A DNA stretch of 63,003 nt, filler included, from Folioceros fuciformis (lineage: Eukaryota): NCBI GenBank assembly GCA_049999805.1. It is 3 parts of 3 records of this genome, joined end to end, with 100 filler letters (N's around TTAATTAATTAA, not from the genome) between each part and the next. Parts side by side here need not be neighbours in the genome. Positions count along the whole stretch, not along the records: positions 19,661 to 51,148 come from JBNGIO010003096.1; 2 more parts are not named here. One strand, given 5' to 3'. The notes below the pieces were generated by a model, which had not been told where the DNA came from, searched no databases, and saw only the letters and a program-made list of their open reading frames with translations. A program made the translations under genes and the position numbers. Of this stretch, positions 24,268 through 36,960 are shown in pieces. How positions within the stretch are numbered: the first letter of the stretch is position 1; each line of letters begins with the position of its first letter.

Positions 24268-25708
24268 TTATTCTACCTTCTCGACGGGCACCGGTATTCC
24301 CGTGTCTATGACATTATCCTTCACAAATCTGCGAGAGGAGAGAGAGCACGCATCGATAAAAGAAGAAGGCACAATAAACACAAGCACATTCTCAGTCTGA
24401 CGATACATGCAAACACTTCTAACCTGGCTAGTTTATCCTGAGATGACTGAAGTATGGTAAGTGAAGTGATTAGGAAGAAAACAAAAGCTGCAATGTCCAC
24501 ACGACCATCAGGATAAGATAAGCGAGTCACAATCCCAGGTGCCCGTCAATAGTGCTATCAAAATGAACTTCACTGGAAGCTGAGGCACGAATCTCTTTAC
24601 CAGAACCAAAAAGGACGTAAAAACCACCCTCCACATCGATTTCCGATTTATCCTCCCTAGATGAGGAACCCCGCATACACTCAGTGAGTAAGCAGCATAG
24701 ATCACGGCAATGGAAACCTTGGAGACCGAGGGATGAAAGCGTATATTACCAGACGTAATGAACGAGAAGATGCTTGGGCCATCTGTTCGAGTCCCAAAAT
24801 TCCATCTTCACGTCTGGATGCTCGTTAAGATCTGCAATTATCAAGTGGGACAGTTGAAAGATGTCCTACTAGCTCACAAGAACACATCATGTCAAGATTG
24901 CAAAGTCTAGAATATCCGGTAGAATAGGGACATACACTTCTCAGGCACGTCCCCAACTTTTGCTGTCACACCTACCAAGTCTCCTCCAGTGTGTTTCTGC
25001 ATGTGTTATGACAATGAGCATCCTACTAGAAAACATCAGGCGCGGGTGCTCAGAAAATTGGCTGCTCTGGAACAGACTCACCAGGGTTACATGTATCATG
25101 GTTACATTTGGGCTTCTCCTTCCATAGACAAGCAGCCAAGGTGTGGAAAATTTCTCAGTCCCAAACTGCAGGGCTCTGCAAAACTCAAAGAAAACTGCGA
25201 AGGTCACAGATAAAAGACAGCAGCATTTTCCATTCGTCTTGCGGCCATGAACTGCCTCTACCCTACAAAGAAAACCTTACTCACAATTTGACCTCATCCG
25301 ATCCGGTATAGCCGACTGGCTTGGGAACAGGCACTACCACCTGGAGTACACATCAAAAGCAAGTGAGCAACGAGGTTGACCGAGCGACGCTTCAAGGTTG
25401 CGTAGATGGACGATATGGTGCCTGACTCACCTCCTTGTTTATACCAAAGCGCGGACAGTGCCGTCCTAGTTGATCGTGCCACTCTGTTCTGTACTGCAAG
25501 AAAGCAAAGACTCAGGAAGGTTCAAAATTGGAGCTTTCGAACCAAATTCGAAAGCTCTGCTGTCTAACCCGATCGGAGAAACACTTACATTGTGATACTG
25601 GCCCTTCAGCGACATCGGCACGACGTCTCCTGGGGCGTAAGCTGCGCAAAGCAGCAGTGAAGCAAGGGACACCAGGGCCCCGACCAGAAACCGAATCCAT
25701 CCTCCCAT
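24268..25708 (-). CDS. NPU: NPU-like conserved single-pass membrane protein (homologue of Arabidopsis NO PRIMEXINE AND PLASMA MEMBRANE UNDULATION), multi-exon
   Basis: Spliced peptide: signal peptide, AYAPGDVVPMSLKGQYH, RTEWHDQLGRHCPRFGINKEVVVPVPKPVGYTGSD, FGTEKFSTPWL, EFWDSNRWPKHLLVHYVWEDKSEIDVEGGFYVLFGSG, TM segment, QSSQDKLARFVKD...EKVE*. This matches the NPU family as I recall it. Confidence 0.82.
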
Positions 25709-26519
25709 GCTTGCGCTCCTGTTCACCCAGCTTCCAAGTCTATTGAGTAGATGATTCGGGAGTCCGCCCGATCAGTCACGAGGTCACAGCTCGCCCTTTC
25801 ATGAATCTGTAAGCAAGTTTTAACCCTGTGTGAACAGCGTTTAACCCGCTGTGAGCAAACGTCTCTTTTTGGGAACAGCGACCGAGATGGGTCCTCTCTC
25901 CGCTGCTCTCGTGATCACAAGTGATAGATTCATGCCATCAGCTTACGAACTTCATTTGCACAGACAACTGATCTTTGATTTCCTCCCATGGTGTGCAGCA
26001 TGCTTGGAACGATCCAAACCTCGCTGTCTCCTGAATCCGACTGTGAAAGGTGGCCTCCTGTCGCGAGGTGTGAGCTGAAGGTTTCTATGATGCCCATCAC
26101 GAGCAGGAAACAGTCAGCCAGCACTTCGTCAGAGATGATTCAAGGAGCAGTGTCGGCATGGTGGGCAGCTGGAGCCTAGGCCCAGGCATCGTTCGTATCT
26201 GGTTGTGGGGTGTCGGAATGCGGTAGGATGGAGACACAGTTGTCCTATGATTAGATAGGTGCTGGTGTCCAAGCCTAGTGGCACAAGATTGAGCCAGGGA
26301 TATGTGGCTGGCTTGGAGGGCTGTCGTTGTATCTTCATCCATTTCAGGACGCCGGCGCCATAGGGGCGCAGCCTGAAATTCTCTTCTGCTTGAGCAAGGG
26401 AGGGGAAGAGGGCACATGGCGATGCCGTTGGTTTGGCCTCCACCCAGCATGCCACTTCCAGATTCTTCCACCTCGGGGGTCACATCTGCTCGCAACGTTT
26501 GTTGGCACAAGAGAGGCTT

Positions 26520-28724
26520 GAAGAGCCATGGAGCCTTTCAGGAGCAGCTGGGGCTCAGCAAGTCGGAGCTTGCCCAGTGGGATGCTGCGTTGCCGCGTGG
26601 GACCGAGTTCAGGTCCCACGGTTGAGGCCTCGGTGAGGCAATGCGAGGAGGCGGAGCTGGGCGAGGCTGTTGATGCGTTGGATGTTCTGGTCCAGCAGCG
26701 GGGTATCGAATGTTAAAGAGGTGCGTGGCGCGGAATGACCTTGCGTTGGGGAGGCGGGTTCATGGTCTTACTGTCGTTAGTGGGTATGAAGGCAAGGCCT
26801 TCCTAGGCAATCACATGATTGGGATGTATGCTGGTCATGGCAAATTGGAGGAGGCAGTGCAGGTCTTCACCGAAGTGTCCAGCCCCAATGTCTACATGTG
26901 ATCCTCTATCATCTTTGCGCATACCCGACATGGGCAGTCCAGGGAGGCTGTAGCCCTGTATCGGCGGATGCGAGAGGCTGCGAGTGTGGAGCCTGATGAT
27001 TGTATCTTCGTGGCAGCCCTAACGGCCTGTGCCTCAGCACATGACCTGGACTCTGGCAAGCAGGTGCGTGCTGATGTAGTGGCAACTGGTGGAGAGGGGT
27101 CTGCTCAACATGTATGCTAAGTGCGGGCAACTTGGGTGATGCTCGCGAGGTGTTCGATAGCCTGCCCAGGAGGGATGTGGTGACATCGAATACCACGATG
27201 GCCGGATACAATCAGCAGGGGCTCGGGCAAAGAGGCTCTGACCCGGCACTCAAGGATGCAACAGGAGGGCACAACGAGGCCTGATCATGTCACGTTTGTG
27301 GGTCTTCTCTAAGCCTGTTCCAGTCTTGGAGCCCTTCACGAGGGCAAGCACCTTCACTTGCAGATTCGTGAAAGAGCTTCAAGCTAACGTTTTTGTTGGC
27401 AGCTGCCTGGTGGATATGTACTCCAAATGTTGGGGTCTGGACGATGCTCGCGACGTGTTCGACAGATTGCCCACAGGAAATGTGGTGACATAAACAGCCA
27501 TGCTTGCAGCATATTCTAAGCAGGGGCTTGGGCGTGAAGCCCTGGCTCTGTATGCCAGTATGCAACGTGAGGGCATCACTCCCAGTAATCGTGTTGCATA
27601 TGTGTGCCGGCTTCAAGCATACGCTAGCGTGGGGCGCTGCAGCAAGGGCAGAAGCTTCAGTCGCAGATCCACGATAGAGGTCTTCAAGCTGATGACTTCA
27701 TTGCCAGCTGCCTGGTGGACATTTATGCAAAATGTTGGAGCTTGGAGCATGCTTACGAAGTGTTTCAAAGGCTACCTAAAAGAGACGTGGTGATATGGAA
27801 CGCTCTCCTTACCAGCATAACCAGCTAGTAAGGAGAGCGGAACATAGTGACGGTCACACTGCCATTTAGGGTTTAGCATATGCCGATGCTTGAGGATGGT
27901 GTGAAGCCAAATGAGACAAGCTTCTTGTGTCTCCTTGCGGCATGCCGTCACTCTGGGCTGCTGCATGAGGGCCGTCGGTTTTTCAAGATGATGATTGACG
28001 ATTGTGGTATTATCCCCACCGATTCTCACCACAACTGTATAGTTGATCTCCTTGGTCGTGCAGGCAAGCTGGATGAGGCTATTCATCTTCTACAAACCAC
28101 ATCCTTTTTGGATAAGTTGATGGGCTGGACAGCGTTGCTGATCGCGTGTAAAAGCCACGGTGATGTAGAGCGTGGACGACGATGTTTTGAGCATCTTGTA
28201 GAACTACGAGCAGTGCGAGTTCTTACTCGCTGTTGGGGAACATTTATGCGAATGCAGGCATGTGGGGCGATGTGGATAGGATAGAGAGGTTGAGAAAGTC
28301 AGCAGGTGCTAGGAAGAAGCCTGCAAAGGCATGCATCGAAGTAAAGGGTGATGTGCACGAGTTCACCGTAGGGGGAGACAGATCTGATCTGACGGATCAT
28401 CCAAGGTGAGGAGCATGAATATGAGATTGAAGGAGGAAGGCGGCCACTTGCCACAAACGCAGCTGGTGTTGAGGCCCATTTCTGAGAAGGAAAAGGAGGA
28501 TGCACTGTGTGGGCATCCTGAGAAACTAGCCTTACCCTATGGTCTGCTGAATACACCAGTTGGCACAACTTTGATTGTCACCAAAAATCTTGTCATGTTC
28601 AATGACTGTCACGATAGCTCTAAGATCATGTCACACTGTCGAGAAGCGAGAGATCATAGTAAGAGATGCACATCGGATACTTCGGTGCCAAAACGGCTCT
28701 TGTTCATGTAGAGACGGATTTTGA
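26520..28724 (+). pseudogene. PLS-E-DYW:KP PPR pseudogene
   Basis: PPR motifs are spread over several frames with stops (for example 26899, 27491) and frameshifts. The remnant DYW reads KKPAKACIEV...EGGHLP...LCGHPEKLAL...KNLVMFNDCH, then after a frameshift VEKREIIVRDAHR...CSCRDGF*. Confidence 0.9.
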
Positions 28725-29499
28725 TGTAAGTCATGGGCCTCCTAATGGCATGTCCGGTACTCTCAGCAAAAGCTTTATAAAGCTCGTTGCAGCGCGCCTA
28801 GCGCAGGCAGGCTCTCACATGGCCCGTGCAGCTAGCTGCAGTTTTCTTGCACAGAAGAATGCCAGGAGTAAGGGATCTGGCATCCTCCGGTTGCTCGGCG
28901 GCCATGACTTCTGAAGAGATCACTAGGTGGTTCCCTATATTGGGTTCTGGGCAAGCCCAGACTTTTAAAGAACAGTGTTGGTGGCGGTTTCTCATGTCCA
29001 ACCCCAATTGCTCTGATCCGTAGAATCTCCTTCGCAAGTACAAGATTTTCCTCTCAACGGGAAGGTTAACCCAGTGGCTTCCACGAGGCAGACCAGGTCT
29101 TCTGCTCAAAACATTTGTCTTGTTCAATCATAGCATACATGTCATGGAGATTTTGACCAGGCGCCTTGCTATCGTTTCCAGTATCCGTGGCAGCGGAAGA
29201 CCGAACTGAGCTTTGTAAGGTCGGCGAGGTCATGCAAGGGTTCCAAGCACCAGCTAAACAGTTCAGTTTGTTGTGCACCTCACCTTCCGAGAGTACAGTA
29301 TGATGGGCACAAAATGGCAACCGGACCTGTTGTGGACCCAACAAAGTGGTGGGTATGCAGGGATCTGAGGAGTCGCAGCTCATGTCACCTTGGGGAGTCA
29401 ACCCCTGAAAACAAGCAAGCCTCCAGGGGCTGCAGTTAAAGGCACCCACAACTTCCACTTCCGAGGAAATTTGTGGGCGGGGAACGATTCTCCAGCGAT

Positions 29500-29860
29500 G
29501 GTCGACGTAAGGAAGGGGGACCAGGAGCTCTCGTGGCAACAATTTTTTATGGACCTTAGCATGTGGTTGGACTATGGGCGAGATAACAAGACATCCCGTT
29601 CGCCTGACTCCCGGCGTAGGGGCTCCGCCGACGAGGTCCTGTGGTTAGATAATTTGTTCAAGCCGGCTTGGTGGGAAGGGTAGCTCAGTTTCTTGGACAT
29701 GGCAGACGGGTCATGGTGTCTCTCCTTCCAAGTCGAGCCGTCCTTATGAGCCTGACAGGCTTGCAGGATCGGAAATGCGTGACAAGGGATGGGTACGGTG
29801 TACATCGATCGATGTGCAGTTGGTTGTTGGTCTGAGCGCGGCCTCACCCGCCACAGCATC
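29500..29860 (+). pseudogene. Isolated N-terminal fragment of a PDF-motif PPR gene
   Basis: QELSWQQFFMDLSMWLDYGRDNKTSRSPDSRRRGSADEVLWLDNLFKPAWW* is colinear at DNA and protein level with 21260-21480. No PPR array follows. Confidence 0.85.
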
Positions 29861-31689
29861 TGGCAGCTCCATCGGACCCCCGTGCTTGTCCAGTTTGCCG
29901 CCAGCTGCTGTACGTCGCACGGGCCTCGCACTTTATCGAGCATCGTGCATCTCAAGTATTTCCGTGTCGGTGCAGTTTGCTGGCGGCCGGATAAATAATC
30001 CCTGACGGAGCTCACAATGGACCAATGACAGGACGAATGCGCGTCACTTCATTCAATGCTTAAGTACGTACAGTACATAAACCCCTAAGAACAAGGATAC
30101 TGTTTTTTAAATTTTGACATCGAAAATAAAAGACCTAATGTCCAAAACAAAACCAACGTTGCTAAAGTACTCTATCGAGGCCGTCCTCATGTACAAGATA
30201 GTGGCTAGTTAATCCCGCCCCTGCGTGTCTGCAACTATTCCATACGCCACCTCTCCGTCCTGGTGGCCTGGAATGTGCTGTCCCGTCTGGCTGCGAGAAA
30301 CCTCACCACAAGATTTCTCTCCTTGAAATAAACCATCGCATCTCAAGGTAAGCTTCAATCACAGTAGATGTGGCTCCTTCGGTCCAACTTGAGACTTGAA
30401 CCGTTTGCTTGTCCCTTCGGCATGTCCCCTACCATTTGGCGGTAAGAGATACTCATCCGAATCTGCAGTGTTTCCAAGACTCCGGATCAAGGATTCCTAC
30501 ATCTTGGAGGTCGTGAAAGTGTCCTCAACGTCTTCCGGAAACCTGATCTTACCAATGTGTGCACATGAGGTAGCCTAGCTCATACCCTAAGTGCACAAGG
30601 GTCGGGTACGAGCAAGGCGTACCTGTAGAATAAGGTACACATAATTAATTCAATCCGGATGTGCCAAAGGAATCGGATCCTTGTCTTATCTGAATTGGCG
30701 GGAGGGGAGGTGGTTTTGGGAAGCATATTGCGATTGTAATGCACCTTGAGGGAGCGGGGCGTATGGCTAGCGTGAAGGATCTCTAACAAATAAGACGCCG
30801 CGCCGTTCTCATGAGGTTAGTCTGCCAACCAAGTACGTAATGACATTTGTCATGCTTGAAGTGAAATGCCCATTAGGCTGCATTATTGCTTACTAGGATC
30901 TCAAACTGTCTTTGGCCCAATCAATGTGCAAGAACCAGGTTCACGAGGAGGGCGTTTCACGGGTGTTTGTGCGCAATGTCCGGTACCCTACTCATTGCAC
31001 TCATGTGCTGCTCCAAGCCGTTTTTAATCCCCCACTCTTTGTGGGACTTCGTCTCATTTGGCATGTATTTTTAACATAATTCTAATCATATATCTCAAAT
31101 CTTTACACAAGAGGGTAGAGATTTTAAAATTAATTAAATATAATTTTTCAGAAATATCCAGAGGCTTGGGGCTTGGTTGGGCATCCGGGGATTAACAGTC
31201 ATCCATCGCCAATGCCATCTCTGCAATGTTGACTGAGTTTCTTTTAAAAGCCTTGTCTAATTATGCGACTTAAATTAAGTTGGTCTGTTGGGAAGAACAT
31301 TATATTCTCTTTCTTCTTGGTTAATGAATCTTGAACAAAATCGTCATAGGACGTCGTACCACGTCTTGTCCTCTTCCTCTCGTATCCAGCCATCTTAAAT
31401 CTGTACTTCCAAACTCTTGTGCCTGGGGTATGAAAACATGAATGAAAGAGACAATCTATTAGCCCACCCTCTGGCCCACGCCTGAGTAAGTGACAGCAAG
31501 TCACTCACCGTTACTTAGTTGTTACATACCTATCATCCAATCATAAGTGGCAACATGTCACTATCAATTCAATATATCAAATCCATGAATTGTCCCCTTT
31601 CGTGATGGGTGATAGTTACGGGGCCAATTTATCAATGCATCATCCTGCCCATTCGTGACTAGCAAAATGAGGGGTCAATTTATCAACTT

Positions 31690-32010
31690 TTCGTCTCAGC
31701 CACTCGTGGATAGCATCGAATAACCACTACTATACGGATGTCCGTCTCAGCCACTCGTGGATAGCATCAAGTAACCACTACTATACGGATGTCCGTCTCA
31801 TGTACTCGTGGAGGATAGCATAAGTAACCACTACTATATAGATGTTCGTCTCGTGGATAGCATAAGTAACCACTACTATATACTCGTGGATAGCATCAAT
31901 TAACCACTACTATACGGATGTCCATCTCAGCCACTCGTGGATGCATTGAGTAACCACTATTATATGGATGTCCGTCTCAACCACTCGTGGATGGCATCAA
32001 GCATTGATGA
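31690..32010. repeat. 51-bp tandem repeat (GTCTCAGCCACTCGTGGATAGCATCAAGTAACCACTACTATACGGATGTCC)
   Basis: Units at 31693, 31744 and 31795, followed by truncated copies. Confidence 0.92.
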
Positions 32011-32349
32011 CCCGCTCTTCATGGCAACACTAGCAACAAGTAACCACCATTATATAAATGGTCTTTATCAACTACCCGTCTCACCCATTCTTAGGTGACA
32101 TCATGTAACCACAATCGTCTCAGGTAACCTCACGTAACCACCATTGTATTGATGGCCCATTTGTGGGTGGCAAGATGTAAGCACTGTTGTCTAGATGGGT
32201 CTCACCCACTCTTAATATCATCCTCTATGTAATCCTTTGCAACTATCTAATAGTGGGGCTCATTGTTAATATTATGATCCCTGAACTACATGTACGGCCA
32301 TCCATGCCTTTCTTCTCTGCGTCGTGTACACGTGTATGGGCGGGGAACA

Positions 32350-32765
32350 AGTTATCCCACACAACCTAGCAAGTTACGGATAGTTATCTCATGCAACCCA
32401 ACAAGTTAGGGACAGCTATCCCATGCAACCCAACAAGTTAGGGTCAACTATCCCATGCAACCCAACAAGTTAGGATTAGCTATCCCATGCAACCCAACAA
32501 GTAAGTTAGGGTCAGTTATCCCATGCAACCCAACAAGTTAGGGTCAGCTATCCCTTGTAACCCAACAAGTTAAGGACAGCTATTTCTTGCAACCCAGCAA
32601 ATTAGGGACAGCTATCCCATGCAACCTAGCAAGTTAGGAACAGCTATCCTCTGCAACCCAACTATCCTCTGCAACCCAGCTATCCTCTGCAACCCAGCTA
32701 TCCTCTGCAACCTAGTAAATTAGGGACAACTATCCCATGAAACCCAGCAAATTAGGGACAAGGAA
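32350..32765. repeat. 32-bp tandem repeat (GCAACCCAACAAGTTAGGGACAGCTATCCCAT)
   Basis: Units at 32393, 32425, 32457, 32489 and onward; collapses to 18-bp subunits near 32650-32710. Confidence 0.92.
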
Positions 32766-33986
32766 CTAGTTGTCCAAATAAGTTAGGCCACAAGCATTGT
32801 CCAAAAGACCATAAGGATTGTCTAAGAGAAAGCGCTGTAAATACAACATAGACCAAGGGAAGAAGTCTAATAGTTAAAGGAGTTAGTATTTTCCCCGCGA
32901 AGCTTAAGGCTTAAGAGAAGTGTGGTGCTATCGGGTTTCAAGGAAGTATGTCACTGTAGTGGAGTTAAGAGTAACAATTTAGTGAGGTTTGGAGTAAAAG
33001 TGTTTCGTTATGAAGTCTAAGATAAAAGTGTATTATCTTGGAATTTAAGATTGAAGTTTTATCATATTTATGGCCAGCATATGATATATATATACATACT
33101 CTCTAGAAAAATTAATAATATGTATTCCTGAGTTCTAAGCAATTTGTTTTTCATACTGTGAAATTTCTTTTTCATACTCTAGTGCGAGCTAGGATATTCT
33201 TGGGAGTCCCAGTGCACCCAAGTGCTCACTAGGGCATCCTTGGGAGTCCCAACAGGCCCAAGTGCACGCCCAAGTGTTCCTGGGACTCCTAGATGCCTTC
33301 TCGATGAACAACAGAGCCTAATTTGATATTAGTAAAGAGCAAACAAACGTGAACGAAAGTAGGACTGAAATTGTTTGCTACTGTAGCGCTTTCCAAGCTG
33401 CTACGCATATCAACTGGATTGCACTGTCATGCAATCAACTTGTCGGCCGATAATGTAAGAATCATGTGGACATTTGAGTTCTGCATAAAAAAAAATTGTT
33501 TCATGAGACATATTAGCATCTTTATCCGAACTTGTTGCCAAACCTCGAACGTCCATACCTATAGAATATATCCAACCACGGTCTTTTGGGTTCGGGAGGC
33601 ATCCAGGTACCCATTCATCCACAGAGATAGAATGAGATCAAAGTTGGGCATTATGTAGTCAGCTCCCTTCTTGTGCACACATCACTCTTTGTTGAGAAGC
33701 GCCTGTTCCGACAAATCAGCGTATACGTCTTGGAGTGCTTCCCTCTCTTGGGTTGTGAATGGATTTTCCATATCCAGTCTTGCAACCATACCCAGGTCAT
33801 CTAGGATCACTACCTCTGGCTCTAAATCCAAGGCAAATCTGCTTGTGATTCCTCGTTCCCTTGTATCATTCTGCGTAGTAGTTGCATATAGTCTCTTGCG
33901 AGATCCTTCACGACTCAATGTGGATGTCCTCTGCGTTGCATTAGCATCCATGGAAGCACCTTTAGGGTTGGACTTGCCCACCCCGC

Positions 33987-34020
33987 TTAGGGTTTGGGGT
34001 TTAGGGTTTAGGGTTTAAGG
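33987..34020 (+). repeat. Short interstitial plant telomere-like tract (TTTAGGG)n, about 5 imperfect units
   Basis: TTAGGG TTTGGGG TTTAGGG TTTAGGG TTTAAGG. Confidence 0.75.
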
Positions 34021-35039
34021 CGCCCACTTCTTGCAGGAGCGCAACGCATTATCACTCAGCAACAATCATTGGAGCTAGGGGGAAGAGATTTCAGGCGTGG
34101 ACAAACCTGGATTGTTCTTCCTTTACGGTCTTCAATCGTTCAGGGTCGAGGCAGCCAGGCCACACGCCAGCTTCTTAGAGGATCGCAATTAAGGAAGTCA
34201 AAGGTCCAATCGCTCTAGCACGTGGTAGAGGTGATGAGCGTGCACAAACTTGGATCCTTCAACTAGGCAGCAATTCGTCTTGCACTTCAGCAGGTAGGCG
34301 TAACGTATGATGAAGTGGAGAGGTAGCACACGTTGGCCATCCACACTTGCACCATTAGGGTTTGTGAACTGCTCGAGGTTTTCTTGTTAAATAACCATTT
34401 CTTTCTAACTTCGGTTAGCCTAATCTAGGATTTAGTATCCTAATTGTAGTTAAATGTGGGTGCTCTACGTTTGTTGCATATTACAAATATTCGGTTAGTA
34501 TTAATTAATGACAACTCTTCAAAATATTGCTAAATATAATCAAGACGCTTATTTCTAAAGTTCCCGTTTCAATCTGTTGGTGACGCAAGCGCACTCTTTG
34601 CAACGATTTTCCAATCTCCTTGTAATGGGTTTACAGCACATCCTCTAGAGCAAAGACAAGAGGCTTTTGCGACATCGTTACAAGGATCCCTGTCACATCC
34701 ACAAGATGCGACTTGGACAAGAAGGCCTAGACGACCAGACCAGTGCAATTTGCAAGAATGACGACGGAAGCCCTGGAAATGGGAGGTGGCCGAAAGGTAT
34801 TGGCATAGTTGAAGGTAGATTGTGAAGGAGTGTCATGAATACAACACTAGAATATTGCGCCTACAGAAAAGTGACCACATTGGACACAACGCCAAATTGT
34901 GCAGCTGATAGATCATTCGCTTCGCTCGAGAAATGACGCTATGATGCGGGTGACAGTGAGGAGTCGACGTCCTCCAGCGGAGACACCGAAGACACCCATC
35001 AACAATGTCAACGAAGACTATTCGACAATTCGAAGACAG

Positions 35040-36960
35040 ATGTGCTAGTGCTACGGACTCGAGGACCTGAAGGGGATGCGGAGGCGGAAAAGAATCCGCC
35101 TACCAAGAGTTGGCAGTGCAACAATTTAAAAGAGCGAAGCCTTGTGAGGAAACGGCTCTTCATTTCAAACAAACATGGACCAACAAAGAAACTTTGTGTG
35201 CCCATATTGGTACAGAGAACATGGCAGTCTCACTGCTGCAGCAAGGGATGCTTGCCGAAGATTGGAAAGAAGTACATTGAGCAATTGAGATATTGGTTTT
35301 TAACGTTGGGCAAGGAACAACAAGAGCTATATTTGGAGGGGATGTTCGAGCACATGGTTCTGATCTAACTCCAACTATTGCTATTTCTGTTGTAGCTAAA
35401 GAGAACGTGGTTTGTTGTGTGAAAAGCTTTTGCAAGGTTTTCTGTATGAGGTGGGAAAGATTTCAAGATTTGAAGAAGAGGGTGCTTCTGAATGCTCCAT
35501 GGTCCTCCGAACTGAAGATACAGTGGAGGTCAAAGGAGGACCATGTCCTGGAGTGCATGTCTAGGATGGATCACTTCTTCAAACTTATAGTGGAGCGGCT
35601 CCCTAATGCACAAGTTTATCACCTCTCGGATTCTTACACAAAGCGAGAAATCTTCCTCGAGTACAAACGAGAGGTGTGCAGCATTGGTCTAACCAATGTG
35701 TCCCATTCTCACTTCTATGCTATGTGGAAGATGTATTTTCCCAAAGTGAAAATACTGAAGACCAATCGATTCTCAAGGTGCATAGACTACGAGACTTTCA
35801 AGTCTGCCATTGAGAATACAACCAACCATCTTGAATAAGGTATCTATGCGATCAATGCAAAGTTGTAGAAGGTACCATGTAGTTGTATGGGTGTACCATG
35901 TCCACGGTTGCTAAAGCATGATTCGGATGTTGTTCTCCACAATAATTGTTATCTCTTCCTGGTCCTTCCAGAAGTTCTCCCACCACTGATTGTCTCTAGA
36001 TGTTATGTACAGCCACAACCTTGCAAGCCCAGACTTCAGATGTCCTATACCTTCGATTGGAGACAAACCACCATCTACTCCCTTTTTATTTCGAGCACGC
36101 AATGCCATGAGAGGCGCAAACCCTATTTTCGCCGATGGCACATGTCTCATAAATGCCAAACCTCCCTCTGGCTCCCAATGACTTGATGTAGAATACTGCT
36201 TGCTACGAATGATGATAATCAAGCCTTTCTCCTGTACGTCTTCGCGTGTTATTTTGAACTGGTGCTGGAAAGACAAGTTATTCAACTTTCTCACAGCTGC
36301 TGCATACAATTGTCGCCCATCCTCCCTGTAGAGCGGCCACACGAAAGAACGGAAATTAGAAACTTCCGGTCAACTCTTTGACATATGGAGTTGGAGTGTA
36401 TGCTGTGACCAAGATCTCTTTAAGGGCAACTAGTGTATGTATCTCTTTGTACCACAAGCTCTTCCAAAAACAGGAAAACATTTGATCATTCTGATTATGA
36501 GCGTGGCCTAACAAAAGGAACCCTACCTTTACCTTCTCAAATGTTCCCATTTTCACTAACATATTCAAATATGCAAATAACAGCTGGTTCTTATTCTCTC
36601 TACATGTATTGTCTAGTTGAAGATATACGACCTTGGGAAGAAAACCTTCAAACGTATACAACGTATTTTGAATAATATATATCATCAAGTTCGCATCATT
36701 CCATATATTGCCATAGTGCAAATATGCATGGGCCTTGTACACTACATTATGCACCATGCAACCCACAACGTGAACCGCCATGTAGCATTCTTCGCTCATA
36801 TTTTTCGGCCACTACATAAAATGTGGGATCTCTGTTTTCTTTCGATCCATGCCATCAATTGCTAGCATTAGATACCTATGCGGATGAACATAGCTTTTTG
36901 ATCCATGCTTTGACATCTTCTTGTAAGCCTTAGGCAGTGGGGCCGCTTGATATTTCTCTA
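35040..36960. mobile_element. Degenerate DDD-type DNA transposase (tentatively Sola-like); N-terminal half on +, catalytic half on -
   Basis: Plus strand: CCSKGC..., CVKSFCKVF..., FYAMWKMYFPKVKILKTNRFSRC. Minus strand: YLMLAIDGMDRKKT...LQLDNTCRENKN...GFLLLGHAHNQNDQMFS. Stops and frameshifts are present. The superfamily label comes from motif recall only. Confidence 0.75.

Noticed and set aside
28798-29542. Minus-strand ORFs between the PPR pseudogene and the PDF fragment
   Set aside because: No recognisable domain or consistent splice structure.
30396-31074. Short ORFs possibly from a TE remnant
   Set aside because: Cannot be assigned from the sequence alone.
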